In this document: positions 1-12,339 of the stretch, piece after piece
How the letters are laid out: every line of letters begins with the position of its first letter
How positions within the stretch are numbered: position 1 is the stretch's first letter
Origin: the human T2T-CHM13v2.0 reference genome, Homo sapiens
Assembly: GCF_009914755.1 (NCBI RefSeq)
Contig: NC_060937.1
Length of the DNA: 64,000 bases
Reading direction: 5' to 3' (one strand)
The notes under the pieces: generated by a model
What the model saw: only the letters and a program-made list of their open reading frames with translations
Databases searched by the model: none
What the model was told of the DNA's origin: nothing
Program-made: the position numbers and the translations under genes

Positions 1-1884
1 TTGAATTCAGGAAGTGTAACACCTCTAATTTCATTCTTCTTTCTCAAGATTCCTTTGGCTATTTTAGGTCTTCGTGATTTCATATGAATTTTGGGGTTTT
101 ATTTTCTGTTTGCATAAAAATATCCCATTGGAATTCTGATAGGAATTACATTGAATCTATAGATTGTTTTGAGCAGTATGGACATTTTAACAATATTTGT
201 TCTTCTAGTCCGTGAATATGTGATAACTTTCCACTTAGTTGTGTTGTTTTAAATTTCTTTCATCAATGTTTTAATAGTTTTCTGTGTACTTTTTTTTATT
301 ATTTTGGTTACATTTGTTTCTATGTATTTTACTCCTTTTGATGCCATGTAAATGGTATTATTTTATTTCCTTTTTGGAAAGTTCACTATTGGTGTAAAGA
401 AACACTACTGATTTTGTAGGTGAGTTTTGTGTTATCATAAAATCATTTAGTAGTTCTAACCATTTTTTAAAAATTGAGTCTTTGGGGTTTTATTCATGTA
501 GGATCATGTCATCTGTACATAGATAATTTTGCTTCATTCTTTCCAACTTAGATGCTTTTTATTTATTTTTCTCATCTAATCACTCTGGTAAGAACTTCCA
601 CTATTATGCTAAATAGAAGTGATGTGAAAATGGACATTCTTGCCTTTACTGGATCTCTGATGAAAATCTAAAAGCCACATTGATTATGTTACTTTTTTTT
701 TCACAAATGGCTTTTATATGTTGAGGTAAATTCCTTCCATACTAATTATGTTTGTAACTTTTGATCACCTATAAATGTTGAACTTTGTCAAATACTTTTG
801 TTTTTGCATCTACTAAGATAATCATGTAATGTTTAGCTTACATTCTGTTAATGCAGTGTATTATATTGATGAATTTGCACATGTTGCGCCAACAGTGCAT
901 TCAGGGATATATCTCACTTGGTCATGGTGTATAATCTTTTAAATGTACTGTTGAAATTGGTTTGCTAGTATTTTACTGATGATTTTTGCATCTATATTCA
1001 CCACAGATATTACCCTGTAGTTTCTCTTTTCTTTTTGTTTTTCCTTGTGGTGTTTTTGTTTGCTTTGGTATCAGGATAATGCTGGCTTTATAAAATGAAT
1101 TTGAAGTGCTTCCTCTTATTCTGTTTTTCAGAAGAGTTTAAGATAGATTAGTATTAATTACTGCTTGAATGATTTGTAGAATATCCATGAAGACATTTTA
1201 TAAAGTCATTTAGTCCTAGGCTTGTCTTTATTGAGTGGTTTTGATTACTACTTTAATTTCATTGTTATTAGTGTGTTTACACTTTCTATTTCCTTTTTAT
1301 TCAGTCTTGATATGTTGTATGTTTCCAGAAATGTACTTAATTCTTTTCAATTTGTTGGTATATAATTTTTCCTTATGATTATTTTTATTTCTGAGTCATT
1401 CATTGTAATGTCTCATTTTTCATTTCTGATTTCATTGGAGCCTTCTTTCTTTTTAGTCCAGCTAATAATTTGTTAATTTTGTTTTTCTCTTCAAATAAAA
1501 AAAACTATTACTTTATTCATATTTTTTCTATTCTCTGCTTGTTTCTGCTCTGATAGTCATTACTTCTTCCCTTCTACTAAGTTTGGGCTTTGTTTGTTCT
1601 TTTTTTAGTTCCTTAGGGCATAAAGCTAGGTTGTTTATTTGAGATACTTTTTCTTTTTTAATGTAGAGTTTTATTGCTATGAACTTCCCTTTTAGTACAG
1701 CATTTGCTGTACCTTGCACATTTTAGTGTCTTGTGTTTTGGTTTTCATTTGTCTCAAGATAATTTTTAATTTCCTTTTGATTTTTTCTTTGGTCCAACAC
1801 TCATTCAAGAGTGTGTTCTTTATACATAGTTCTGAATTTTCCCATTTTCTTATTGTTATTGATTTTTAGTTTCATTTCATTGGT
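1..1884 (-). mobile_element. Old L1 (L1M/L1MA-type) ORF2 segment, continues beyond window start
   Basis: Minus-strand translation at 1528-1719 (TANAVLKGKFIAIKLYIKKEKVSQINNL..KELKKEQTKPKLSRREE) resembles L1 ORF2 just after the endonuclease; T-rich antisense L1 composition; many disruptions. Confidence 0.9.
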
Positions 1885-2880
1885 AAAAGTGCAGAGTTTT
1901 TATATGCAAGTGAAGTTAAATCATTATGAGGTTAAAATAGTATGTTATAACTATAAGATTTAATTTAATCCTTATGTTAACCACAAAAAGCCCTATAGGA
2001 TACCTATAGAATGTCTTTTACCCCAAAGAAAAAGAGAATGGAATCAAAACTTACCAATAACAGTAATAAAAAAGAAAGATGAAGAAAGATAGCAAGAGAG
2101 TAAAAGAGGGACAAAAAAAGACAAAATGCCAATAGTAAGCCTTTTCTTATCGATAATGACTTTAAACATAAATGTATTAATTCCTCAATAAAAAGACATG
2201 TAGGACCCAAATGGATTTTTTTTAATATTGCTCTATGCTGTCTACAGGAAACTCACTTTATATTCAAGGACACACATAAGCTGTAAGTGAAGGGATGGAA
2301 TAAGATATTCTGTGTAAATGGTAACCAAAATTAAAAAAAGATAAGTGTCTATATGTATACTAGACAAAATAGACTTTAGGTCAAAAACTGTCTCTAGTGA
2401 CAAAGAGGTCATTTGTCATTTAAGATTAAAAAATGACATTTTTAAAATATAAATATGTCAATTCAACAGGAATAAAAATTATAAATATATATGCATTGAT
2501 ATTTAGAGCATGTAAGTATATAAAGCAAATATTGACAGAACTGAAAGAAATTGAACCTGACAGTTAATACAATACTAGTAGACTTCAATACCCCATTTTA
2601 AATAATGACTAGAACATCTTGACAGAAATAAGAAAAAAAATGCATGTGAATAGTACGATAGATCAAATAGACCTAACAGATATATACAAAACTTTTCACC
2701 CAGCAGCAGAAAAACTTATATTCGCTTAAAGACACATGAAACGTTTTCTGAGATCAATTATGTATTTCATCATAAAACAAGTCTTAACAAATTTAAGAAG
2801 ATTGAAATCATACCAAGTATCTTTTCTGACCACAATAAAATAGCATTTAAAAGTAGTACCAGCGAAAAAAATAATCAAGT
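1885..2880 (+). mobile_element. L1 inter-ORF region plus ORF2 endonuclease segment, inverted relative to 1-1884
   Basis: CTTATCGATAATGACTTTAAACATAAATG near 2146 resembles the ORF2 start (LSIITLNVNG); GAAATCATACCAAGTATCTTTTCTGACCACAAT near 2804-2836 reads EIIPSIFSDHN. Confidence 0.85.
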
Positions 2881-2911
2881 TTACGTATATTTGTATATAT
2901 CAAAATACATA

Positions 2912-4984
2912 AGATATGACTTGTCTGTGCCCCCACGAAAATTTCATCTTGAACTGTAGTTCCCATCATGCCCATATGTCATGGAAGGGAACTGGTGGGA
3001 GGTAATTGAATCATGGTGATGAGTTTTTCCATGCTGTTCTTGTAATAGTGAATAAGTCTCATGAGCTCTGCTGGTTTTATAAAGGGTAGTTCCCCTGCAC
3101 ATGCTTTCTTCTCTGCTGCCATGTAAGATATGCCCTTGCTTCCCCTTCACTTTCTGCCATGATTGTGAGGCCACCCAAGCCATGTGGAACTCTGAGTCCA
3201 TTAAACCTCTTTTGCTTTATAAATTACCCGTTCTCATGTGTTTCTTCATAGCAGTATGAAAATGGACTAATAGAGTAAATTGGTACTAGTAGAGTGGGGT
3301 GCTGCCATAAGGATACCCAAAAATGTGAAAGTAACTTTGGAACTGGGTAACAGGCAGAGGTTGGAACAATTTGGAGGGCTCAGAAGAAGATAGGAAAATA
3401 TAGAAAAGTTTGAAACTCCTGAGAGACTTGTTAAATGGCTTTGATCAAAATGCTGGTAGTGATATGAAAAATAAACTCTAGGGTGAGGTAGTCTCAGATG
3501 GAGATGAGGAACTTCTTGGGAACTGGAGTAAAGGTCACTCTTGCTATGCAAAGATACTGGTGGCATTTTGCTACTGCCCTACAGATGGGGGGAGCTTTGA
3601 ACTTGAGAAAGATGATTTAAGGTAGCTGGTAAGAGACATTTCTAAGCAGCAAAGCATTCAAGAGGAAGCAGAGAATAAAAGTTGGGAAAATTTACAGCCT
3701 GACAATGCAATATGAAAGAAAACTATTTCTGCAGAGAAATTCAAGCAGGCTGCAGAAATTTGCATAAGTAATGAAGAGCCAAATGTTAATCACCAAGAAG
3801 GGGAAAATGTCTTCAGGCATGTCAGAAACCTTCACAGCAGCCTTTGTGGCTTCCACGTGCTGTTGAGCCTGTGGGTACACAGAAGTCAAGAATTTAGGTT
3901 TGGGAACCTCTGCCTGGGTTTCAGAGTATGTATGGAAATGCCTGGATGTCCAGGCAGACTTTTACTGCAGGGGCAGAGCCCTCATGGAGAACCTCTGCTT
4001 GGGCAGTATAGAAGAGAAATGTGAGGTTGGAACCCCCACACAGAGTCCCCACTGGGGCACTACCTAGTGAAACTGTGAGAAAAGGGCCACCATCCTCCAA
4101 ATCCAGAATGGTAGATCCACTGACAGCTTGCACTATTCACCTGGAAAAGCCACAGACACTCAAAGCCAGCCTGTGAAAACAGCCAAGAGGTGAGCTGTAC
4201 CCTGCAAAGCTACAGAGGCAGAGCTGTCCAAGAACATGGGAGCCCACCTTTTGCATCAGTGTGACCTGGATGTGTGACATGGAGTCATAGGAGATCATTC
4301 TGGAGCTTTAAGATTAGACTGCCCAGCTGAAATTCAGAATTGCATGGGGCCTGTAGCCCCTTGGTTTTGGCCAATTTCTTCCATTTGGAATGTGCATGTT
4401 TAACCAATGCCTGTACTCCATTGTGTCTAGGAAATAACTCACTTTATTTTGATTTTGCAGGCTCATAGGTGAAAGGGACTTGCTTTGTCTCAGACTAGAC
4501 TTGGACTGTGGACTTTTGAGTTAATTCTTAAATGAGTTAAGACTTTGGGGGACTGTTGGGAAGTCATAATTGTTTTTGAAATGTGAGGACATGAGATTTT
4601 GGAGGGGCCAGGGGAGGAGTAATATGGTTTGGCTGTGTCCCCACCCAAATTTCATCTTTAATTGTAGCGCCCATAATGACCAGGTGTTGTGGGAGGGACA
4701 TTTTTGGGAGGTAATTGAATCACGGTGGCAGGTTTTTCGCATGCTGTTCTCATGATAGTGAATAAGTCTCATGAGATCTGCTGCTTTTATAAAGGGTAGT
4801 TCCCTTTCACATGCTTTCTTGTCTTCCACCATATAAGACATGCCCTTGCTCTTCCTCCACATTCTGCCATGATTGTGACACCTCCCCAGCCACGTGGAAC
4901 TGTGGGTCCATTAAAATCCTTTTTCTTTATAAATTACTTGGTCTTGGATATTTTCTCATAGCAGTATGAAAATAGACTAATACA
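2912..4984 (+). mobile_element. Full-length THE1 (THE1B/C-like) MaLR element: LTR 2912-3274, internal 3275-4619, LTR 4620-4984
   Basis: Two similar ~365 bp LTRs (ATATGG..TGTCCCCACCCAAAT...ACTAATACA); internal region starts GTAAATTGGTAC and ends in a purine tract GGAGGGGCCAGGGGAGGAG; flanks ACATA/ATATA as a probable TSD. Confidence 0.95.
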
Positions 4985-5199
4985 ATATATCATACATATG
5001 CACCAGTTTTAATATTTGTTTATACACATACATACATATATATACATGCATATATAATTAAATGTATATTTATCTTCCTTGATCCCTACATATGTTTATG
5101 CACGTTTATATAAATATAAATATATATTTAAATGCATATCTACATATGTACGTTTTTATGCATATATATCTTCCTTTTACTCTCCTACATGACTATTTC

Positions 5200-5790
5200 A
5201 TACCATATTACATCCTTTTCATTAATATGCTTTGCTGATAACATGGTATCTTCTTTAACTGAGATAATTGATGTAACCACAAAAAAATTCACAATTTTCT
5301 ACTTACCTTCTTGCGTTTTTGTCTATATGCCTTACATTCTCTCCTACTTCTACAGATAAAGTACTCATGCTTCTTGCTTAGACCAATCTCTCCACTTTTC
5401 ACTTTATTTCTCCTTTCTGATCTACCTTAGCATAATGCTCTGGCAAGTTTACCCTGTGTACTCTGCATTGAATTATTTATTTTTCCTGAACCAGTCATGT
5501 AAACATGCAAATATTCTGATACATCATGCAGTTTCAAAAACTAAAACAATAAACCAGTAAGTCCTCTTGACTATGCTTTCTCCACCGTTAATGTCTCATT
5601 TCTCACATTTTCATTGCAGATGATCTTACTCTCCTTTTATTCTCTCCTGATTCCATTACAGTAAGGTGTTTGTTCCCACTGCTCCACTGAAACTCTTGAC
5701 CAGGGCAACAATCACTGCGAAATTGCTACATCCAATGTCCATTTCTCAGTGTTCATTCTACTTGATTATCAGCAGCATTTGAAGTGTTAG
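5200..5790 (+). mobile_element. L2 RT-region fragment
   Basis: CTCCACTGAAACTCTTG...CAATGTCCATTTCTCAGTGTTCATTCTACTTGATTATCAGCAGCATTTGA resembles the L2 STETAL...SVLILLDLSAAFD coding region. Confidence 0.7.
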
Positions 5791-6166
5791 TGATATGGTC
5801 TGGCTCTGTGTCCCCAAATAAATCTCATCCTGAATTGTAATCTGAATTGTAATCTCCATGTGTTGGAGGAGGGACCTTGTGGGCAGTGACTAGATCATGG
5901 GAGTAGTTGCCCCATGCTGTTCTTATGATAGTGAGTTCTCATGAGACCTGATGGTTTTACAAGGAGCTTTTTGCAGCTTTGTTCTGCACTTCTCTCTCCC
6001 TACTGCCATGTGAATAAGGACATGTTTGCTTCTACTTCTGCCATGATTATAAGTTTCCTGAGGCTTCCCTAATCATGCTGAACTGTGAATCAATTAAACC
6101 TCTTTCCTTTATAAATTACCCGGTCTCTGGTATTGGTTCATAGCAGCATGAAATTGAACTAATACA
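5791..6166 (+). mobile_element. THE1 (C/D-like) solo LTR inserted in L2
   Basis: TGATATGG start, AATACA end, perfect 5-bp TSD GTTAG at 5786-5790 and 6167-6171. Confidence 0.95.
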
Positions 6167-6509
6167 GTTAGTGACTCTCTTAGCCTTTAAATACCCTTCA
6201 TTTTTATTTCAAATTATTACAAGCATTTTCAGGGTTTGGTTACATTCATCTGATTTTTTATATTTTATTTTCTTTTTTCTTTTTCATTTTTTTATTCCCT
6301 TTTTCTGTTTCTTTCTCATCTCTCAAATTGTATGTTTCAGTAGATAGTCTTTAGAACTTTAGGCCATAATGAATTCTAGAGGCTGGTCATCTGACTACGG
6401 CCTAATATGCCCATAAAATAACCTGATCTGCTAGTTGTCTTCATCTCTGCTACTTCAATCATATATATATTTACATACACACACACACGTGTGTGTATGT
6501 TGTGTGTAT

Positions 6510-6915
6510 GTGTGTTGTTTGTCTTCTTCTATTGGCCAAGAACAGAGACAGACGGAGAGATTTATAATGAGGAATTGACCTTCATGAGTAAGGAGGCTGA
6601 TAATTTTTATATCTGCCATCTGTAGGTTGGAGACTAAGAAAAGCTGGGGGTGTAATTTCATTCCAAGTTCAAAGACCTGAGAGCAAGTGGAGCCAATGGT
6701 ACAAATCCTCATCATCCTCCCTCTGTCTTTTTATTCTATTCTGGACCTCAGTGGATTGCATATAATGTTCAGTCATATTAGGAAGGGCAATCTCCATTAT
6801 TGAGTCCACAGATTTAACTATTAATCTCATCCAGGAATACCCTAACAGATTTTTCCAGAAATAATGTTTAACCAGGACATACTGTGGCACAGTCGACAAA
6901 TAACATTATCCATCA
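6510..6915 (-). mobile_element. MLT2 (ERVL) LTR
   Basis: GAGATTTATAATGAGGAATTG...GGGCAATCT...TAATCTCATCCAG...CCAGAAATAATGTTTAACCAG...CCATCAC is typical of antisense MLT2. Confidence 0.8.
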
Positions 6916-6924
6916 CTGCCATAA

Positions 6925-7090
6925 CCCAACATTCTTTGTTTTACTTGTGTTTATTTTCTATCTCACTGAATAGAATGTATACTTTGTGATGACAGAAAAT
7001 ATTGTTTGTTTCATTCACTCTAGTGTCACCAGGGACTAGAAAAACACCATTTTGTAAACATTTTATATATAAAATAAATATTTGTTTACT
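6925..7090 (+). mobile_element. L2 3' end
   Basis: TAGAATGTATACTTTGTGATGACAG...TTCATTCACT...AATAAATATTTGTT resembles the L2 terminus. Confidence 0.6.
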
Positions 7091-8499
7091 AAAAAAAAAA
7101 AAGAATTTACACATTGGCTTAAAATTTGAAGATTATGATTAGCTCAGATTTCTTCAAGAGAGATCTATTAGTGTTCATGATTGATAAGCAATTACCTCTT
7201 ATAATTCTGGTACTGTTCAGTATGTTTCTGTTTAAACTTAATACTGTAATTTTACTTTTCTTCTCGTTTTAAGAATGACATAGAACTATCATCACCTTTT
7301 AAAAAGAAAGTTGCATTTTGCTACAATTTTTTCCAAGTGTCTATTTAAGAGTCATTTACAAACCAAATTCAACTTGTCTAATTCATAAATCAAAGCCAAT
7401 ATTTCGTTCAACCTTAAAATTTCCAGCTTCATCCCACACTGGCTTTCTCCTTCAACTTTTTATTAGCATCAAAGCAAACTATTATCCATTTCTTATGTAT
7501 AACATTAATTTTCAAACATTTTCCCTAGTCCTCCCAAAAATCAGATTTAATTGAGTTGATCATATCTAACCTGGTATGATCTTTCTCATTTTATTAGCTC
7601 TTTTTTTCTCTAAATGTCTTTTCTTCCACTAATCCTTGTTTAAACTCAACTGACTGGAATTTCTTCCATAAACATTTAGAGTATTTTGTCTTCATACTTA
7701 TTACTAGCTATCATATTTTTTTCCTGTCTTTTTCATGAAGCTAAGCTCTGTTAGAATAAGGACTATGTCTCAACCAATTGTATCTACTATATGCTATGTC
7801 ATAACTGAATAAAATATATCTACTATAAGACATAGCATATTGTAGATTCATTTTATCATGTATTTATCTATTTTATTAATAGAGTAATTGAATAATGTAT
7901 TAATGTACCACATTCTGGTATATTTGGCTAAAGGAAATTGAATCAATCTATTTAATGAATGTTATTATCCTATCTTTTGAATTTCATAGGTTTTAAATCA
8001 AAGAAAATGAATTTGGATAACATTTATTTTTAACATATTATTTACACATAATAAAGGAAAATTAAGTCACAGGAAGTTTAAATTTTTATTTTATTAACAT
8101 CTGCCAAAATTAAATATTATTTAAATATAACAGTCTCATTAATTTTATGAAACCAAAATAGATAATAAAAATATATATTCACAAGTTATTCATGTTGCAT
8201 TTACTGAAATGTAACATTTTAATGAAAGTCTTCTTAGGAAACTTTGTATAAAATAAATAGGTATACACAATGGGAATATGTGTAAAACATTTATTGTGTT
8301 AAGTAGTTAACTTACTCTATTGTCTGTAACATTTAAAAAACACAACTTCAAAAGTCATTCAGAAAACAATCTGCACTACTATAAGTAGCAACTTTAAATG
8401 ATTGCAGGTGCCTTTGTAAGAACAGCATTCTATCTAAGTGAAAATAGGACATGAGCAGACGCAAGGTTAAAATGATTGTGAGGCTACTGAAATATTGCA

Positions 8500-9250
8500 C
8501 ATATAAGGTATAATTGATTTGAGTTTAATATCAGGGATGGAAACAATTAGATGGATTCAACATGTAATTAGAAAATATAATTAATGGAAAATGTTATAGA
8601 TTAGATGTGGGGGAGTGAAGGAAAAGTTAATGATAACTCTTTGGTTCCTGGTTCATCTAAGAGCATGTGCCTTTTATTGTGACAAGAAATATTGGAAAAG
8701 AATTGGTTCTGGAAAAGAAAGTGGACGGATCATAATCTCTATTCTTGACTGTTTACTTTGGAGACATTTTGAGGGACTCAAGTTGTGAGATCAAGAGGAC
8801 ATTGGAAATATGAATCTGAAGCTTGGGGAAGAAAGTTCAGCTAAAATTAAAATTGCAGATCTTTAATTATATGTAGAAATTATATTTGTGGGCTTAAAAG
8901 ACACTGCTTTATGAGAGAGAAGTGAAGAGTTAAAGGTCTAATACTAAGAGATTATAGAGAGGACAACTGTGAATGTGCTAATGAGTAACTGGAATGAAAG
9001 GGGAAGTGTCAGAGTGCAGGCAAAGAGTGGGTTTAAGGAAGGAAGGAACGTCCTACTCTATTCAATTCTACAGTGATGTCACATGAAAGAAAAAATTTTA
9101 AAAAGCTCCTTTCGGTTAACTTTTCCAAGGACTGGTTTAATTAAAGTAAGGGAATAAATCAGTCTTTGTTGAAGTACCCCACCGAGTATGTATGTAAGAA
9201 ATAAACACGGAAGTAAAGACTATTCTTGAGAAATGTGACTGAAAAGGCAT
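8500..9250 (-). mobile_element. L2 fragment
   Basis: Purine-rich antisense L2 pattern (GATGTGGGGGAGTGAAGG...GATAACTC...TGGAAATATGAATCTGAAGCTT). Confidence 0.65.
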
Positions 9251-10689
9251 AAATAAAAATCAGGGAGGTATAAGAGAAAGTGTAATGATAAGTAGTCTCT
9301 TTTTATTAGCTTATTTGTTGCTGTTTTTTGTTTGTATTTAATGTGAGATTGTCCAACATATTTAAAATAACAATAATCACAAATGTTTTCAGCCTTAGTG
9401 AGTCTTGCATTAAATACTTTAATTATTGTGCTATACTACTATTTTAGGAGTCAGGTATTAAGGTTATCAAAATCACAATGAAAGTCAAACAGGTAGTTTA
9501 CTTCTGGACTTTGGAAAAGTGTTGGAATATTACTGAGGAAAGGAGGAAAAGTACTTGGTGTCAAGATTTTTGATACAATATTTGGAGACTCAGGAGATGA
9601 CTGCTCTAATAGCAGTTTCTTGTTCTATAGTTAGAAGATATACGACGGGGGAAATAAAATGAACATTATTAGTTCAAAGTCTTAAATTCCAAGCTAAAGA
9701 TCCATGGAAGGGTGAGGAGAGGAATGAGGCTCAAACATGAAAGACGAAGGTGATAGAAGGATTCCTGTAGTTAAGACAGCTGTCAAACCCGTCTTAATGA
9801 AACCTTACAATCTTGGTGTAATTCTGTGATGGAAACATGCTTAGAAGCTGCCAGATCTCAGTTCACCTGATGGTGTCACTGCTCTTGCAAAGGTCAATAA
9901 ATAGCGTGTGGAGCTCTTGCTGCTTCTCCTTGTCCTACTCCTGTGCTTGGGGTTGCAGCCAAAATGATTCAAACAGCTCTCGGAAATTTAAACTCAAATA
10001 GAAACTATCTTAGGCATATGCCTGTACTTGCGTATTTATAGTGACTCCTACACATTAACCTATAATTTTAAATTAAGAAACAAATTGTTTAATGTACAAG
10101 TTTTCTTTAAACATGTTTTAAAATATTATGTTTATGAAAAAATTTTAAAGCAACATTTAAAGGATCAAAAATTAAAACTCATATTTCCACCAAAAAAACC
10201 CATATTTCTACCATCTAATGATTGAAAATATATCCATGATAATTTCTACTCTTTATTTTACTTAATTATATTTATAATATTTAGAAAAAAAATACATTTT
10301 GTAGCTTTAAATTTTTATAAATATAATATGAGATACATATTTATATTTCACCAATTATCATCCCCCCTATACTCTGAATATAAGCACTGCTGATATTTTG
10401 AAGCATTCTAATAAAATTTTCTGGAAAAATTATAAACATTACAAAAGATAATGCTTAAGAACATGGGTTTTGGTATTAAAAGAAGTTTTGTTTTTATATT
10501 TGATATTTTCCTTTACAGTAAAGTACTATTAGAAATGTTTTTTTCTTTCAGTGCCTCACTTTACTATAGATATAGTGCAGATGAAGACAACTTTGTTATG
10601 TATGTGTTATTAGAAGAAAAAACTTGTTATTCTCTTGCTAAAGGTGTAATGTCATTATCTTTGATTTTCGCCACTTGTGTATAAAAGAA

Positions 10690-11620
10690 GTATCTCATTT
10701 TAATTTGCATGTATTTGCCTACTAGTTAAGTACAGTGTTTATGGTCTAGACATTTGATATTTAAATCTAATTTTCTGAATTGGTTATGAATGTTACCTAT
10801 CATCTTTATTTTAGGAAGTTTGTCTTTAAATTTTTAAAACCATTCATTCATAGCCCATGAAAATTAACCCTTTATCTGTCATATCCATTTCTATTGTTTC
10901 CCAAGTGTGCTGGTTGCAAAATATTATATGTAATGTTTAGATTTATAAATAACATATATAGTGTCTGTATGTGTAATTTATTGCTTCAGCCAAGTCCATT
11001 GCACTGATAAATCATATTAATAATCTAGTTTTATTGATTTGTACATTTCATATTTAACTTTCAGACTTTAAAAAACTATTTAAGTATCCAACTTTATTAG
11101 CTTTGATATAGATGAGCTATCAATGCAGCAACTTTTGTTGAAAATAAACCAAAGATCAAAGAGTTTTCTTAATTAAATACTAAAACATACCATGATCTAT
11201 TTCTTTTTATTGTTTTTCTTTCATGTGTATCATAGTTTAATTATTATATCTTTGTATATACTTTATTATCTGGCAAGCTTTTTTTTTACACTTTTTTTCC
11301 TCATATTGTTTGATATATACTTTTGTCCACTATTCTGAACTTGAAAATCATTTGTCAAATTCGGGATGAAAATTTCCTTTGGTGAACCTGAATTGACTTG
11401 GTCTTAATTTACCAAATAAATTGGAAATAATTAAACTCTTTATAAAATGAGTTTTTCAGTTAGTAACATGCTAAACCTTTTAATTTATTTATATTTTTGA
11501 AAGTTTCCCTAGACAAAATTTTGCAGTTTTTTTCAAAGTGATGTTATATTTCTTTGTAGATTTACATTTGTTTATTTTATTATAGATACTATTTTGTGAG
11601 CATTTTTTCCCTTCTATTTT
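10690..11620 (-). mobile_element. Highly decayed ancient L1 (L1ME-like)
   Basis: TATCTCATTTTAATTTGCAT and TTAACCCTTTATCTGTCATAT antisense L1 motifs in a very T-rich background. Confidence 0.5.
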
Positions 11621-11654
11621 CTAGTTGTTTTATTTTTTATACCAGGGGTTGTAG

Positions 11655-11905
11655 CAGGAAGCTCTATAGGGTAGAGGCTAAGAGTTTAAACCACCCAAAC
11701 CTCAGACTAAGTTCAAATCTTGGTTCTCCTGCTTTTCACTCAGGCAAAAATCACATAATCTCTGAGTATAATTTAACTCATCTGTAAAATTAAGGTAATA
11801 TAATAATAACCACCTCATTAAATTGTGGTATGGATTATATGAGTTTATATCATGCAAAGGGCTTAGAAAAGTACATATCTTCTATGAAGCACTCAATAGA
11901 AGTTG
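11655..11905 (+). mobile_element. MIR
   Basis: GTTCAAATCTTGGTTCT B-box-like motif, CTCATCTGTAAAAT core, AAGCACTCAATA tail. Confidence 0.8.
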
Positions 11906-12140
11906 AAAAATACACAGGAAAAGCTTTCTATTATTGTGTGTGTGTATTTTTATACTGGATTGATTAATTTTATTTATTTATAAGGTTTTTGAAAATTCAC
12001 TCATGTTTAATAAATATTTCTATCTACATATAATGTTCTTATTTCTATTTCCAACAGTTTTACCTTTATTTCTGATATCTACATAGCACTGTTCATCTCT
12101 AGAAGTTTCATAAAATTCAGTATTTACTAGTTTTAATAGT

Positions 12141-12323
12141 TCCCTCTCCCTTCCCTTCCCTCACTTCCTTCCTTCCTTCTTTCTCTCTCTCTCTCTTTCA
12201 ATAGAGGTAGAGACTTACTGTTTGCCCAGACTGATCTCAAACCCCTGGGCTCAAGCAATCCTCTTGCCTCAGCCTCCCAAACCAAAGTGCTGGGATTACA
12301 GACATAAGCCATCATGCGCAGCC
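12141..12323 (-). mobile_element. FLAM (Alu left monomer) with pyrimidine-rich decayed tail
   Basis: CTGGGCTCAAGCAATCCTCTTGCCTCAGCCTCCCAAA...GTGCTGGGATTACAG; TSD TTAATAGT at 12133-12140 and 12324-12331. Confidence 0.85.
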
Positions 12324-12339
12324 TTAATAGTGGCTTTTC

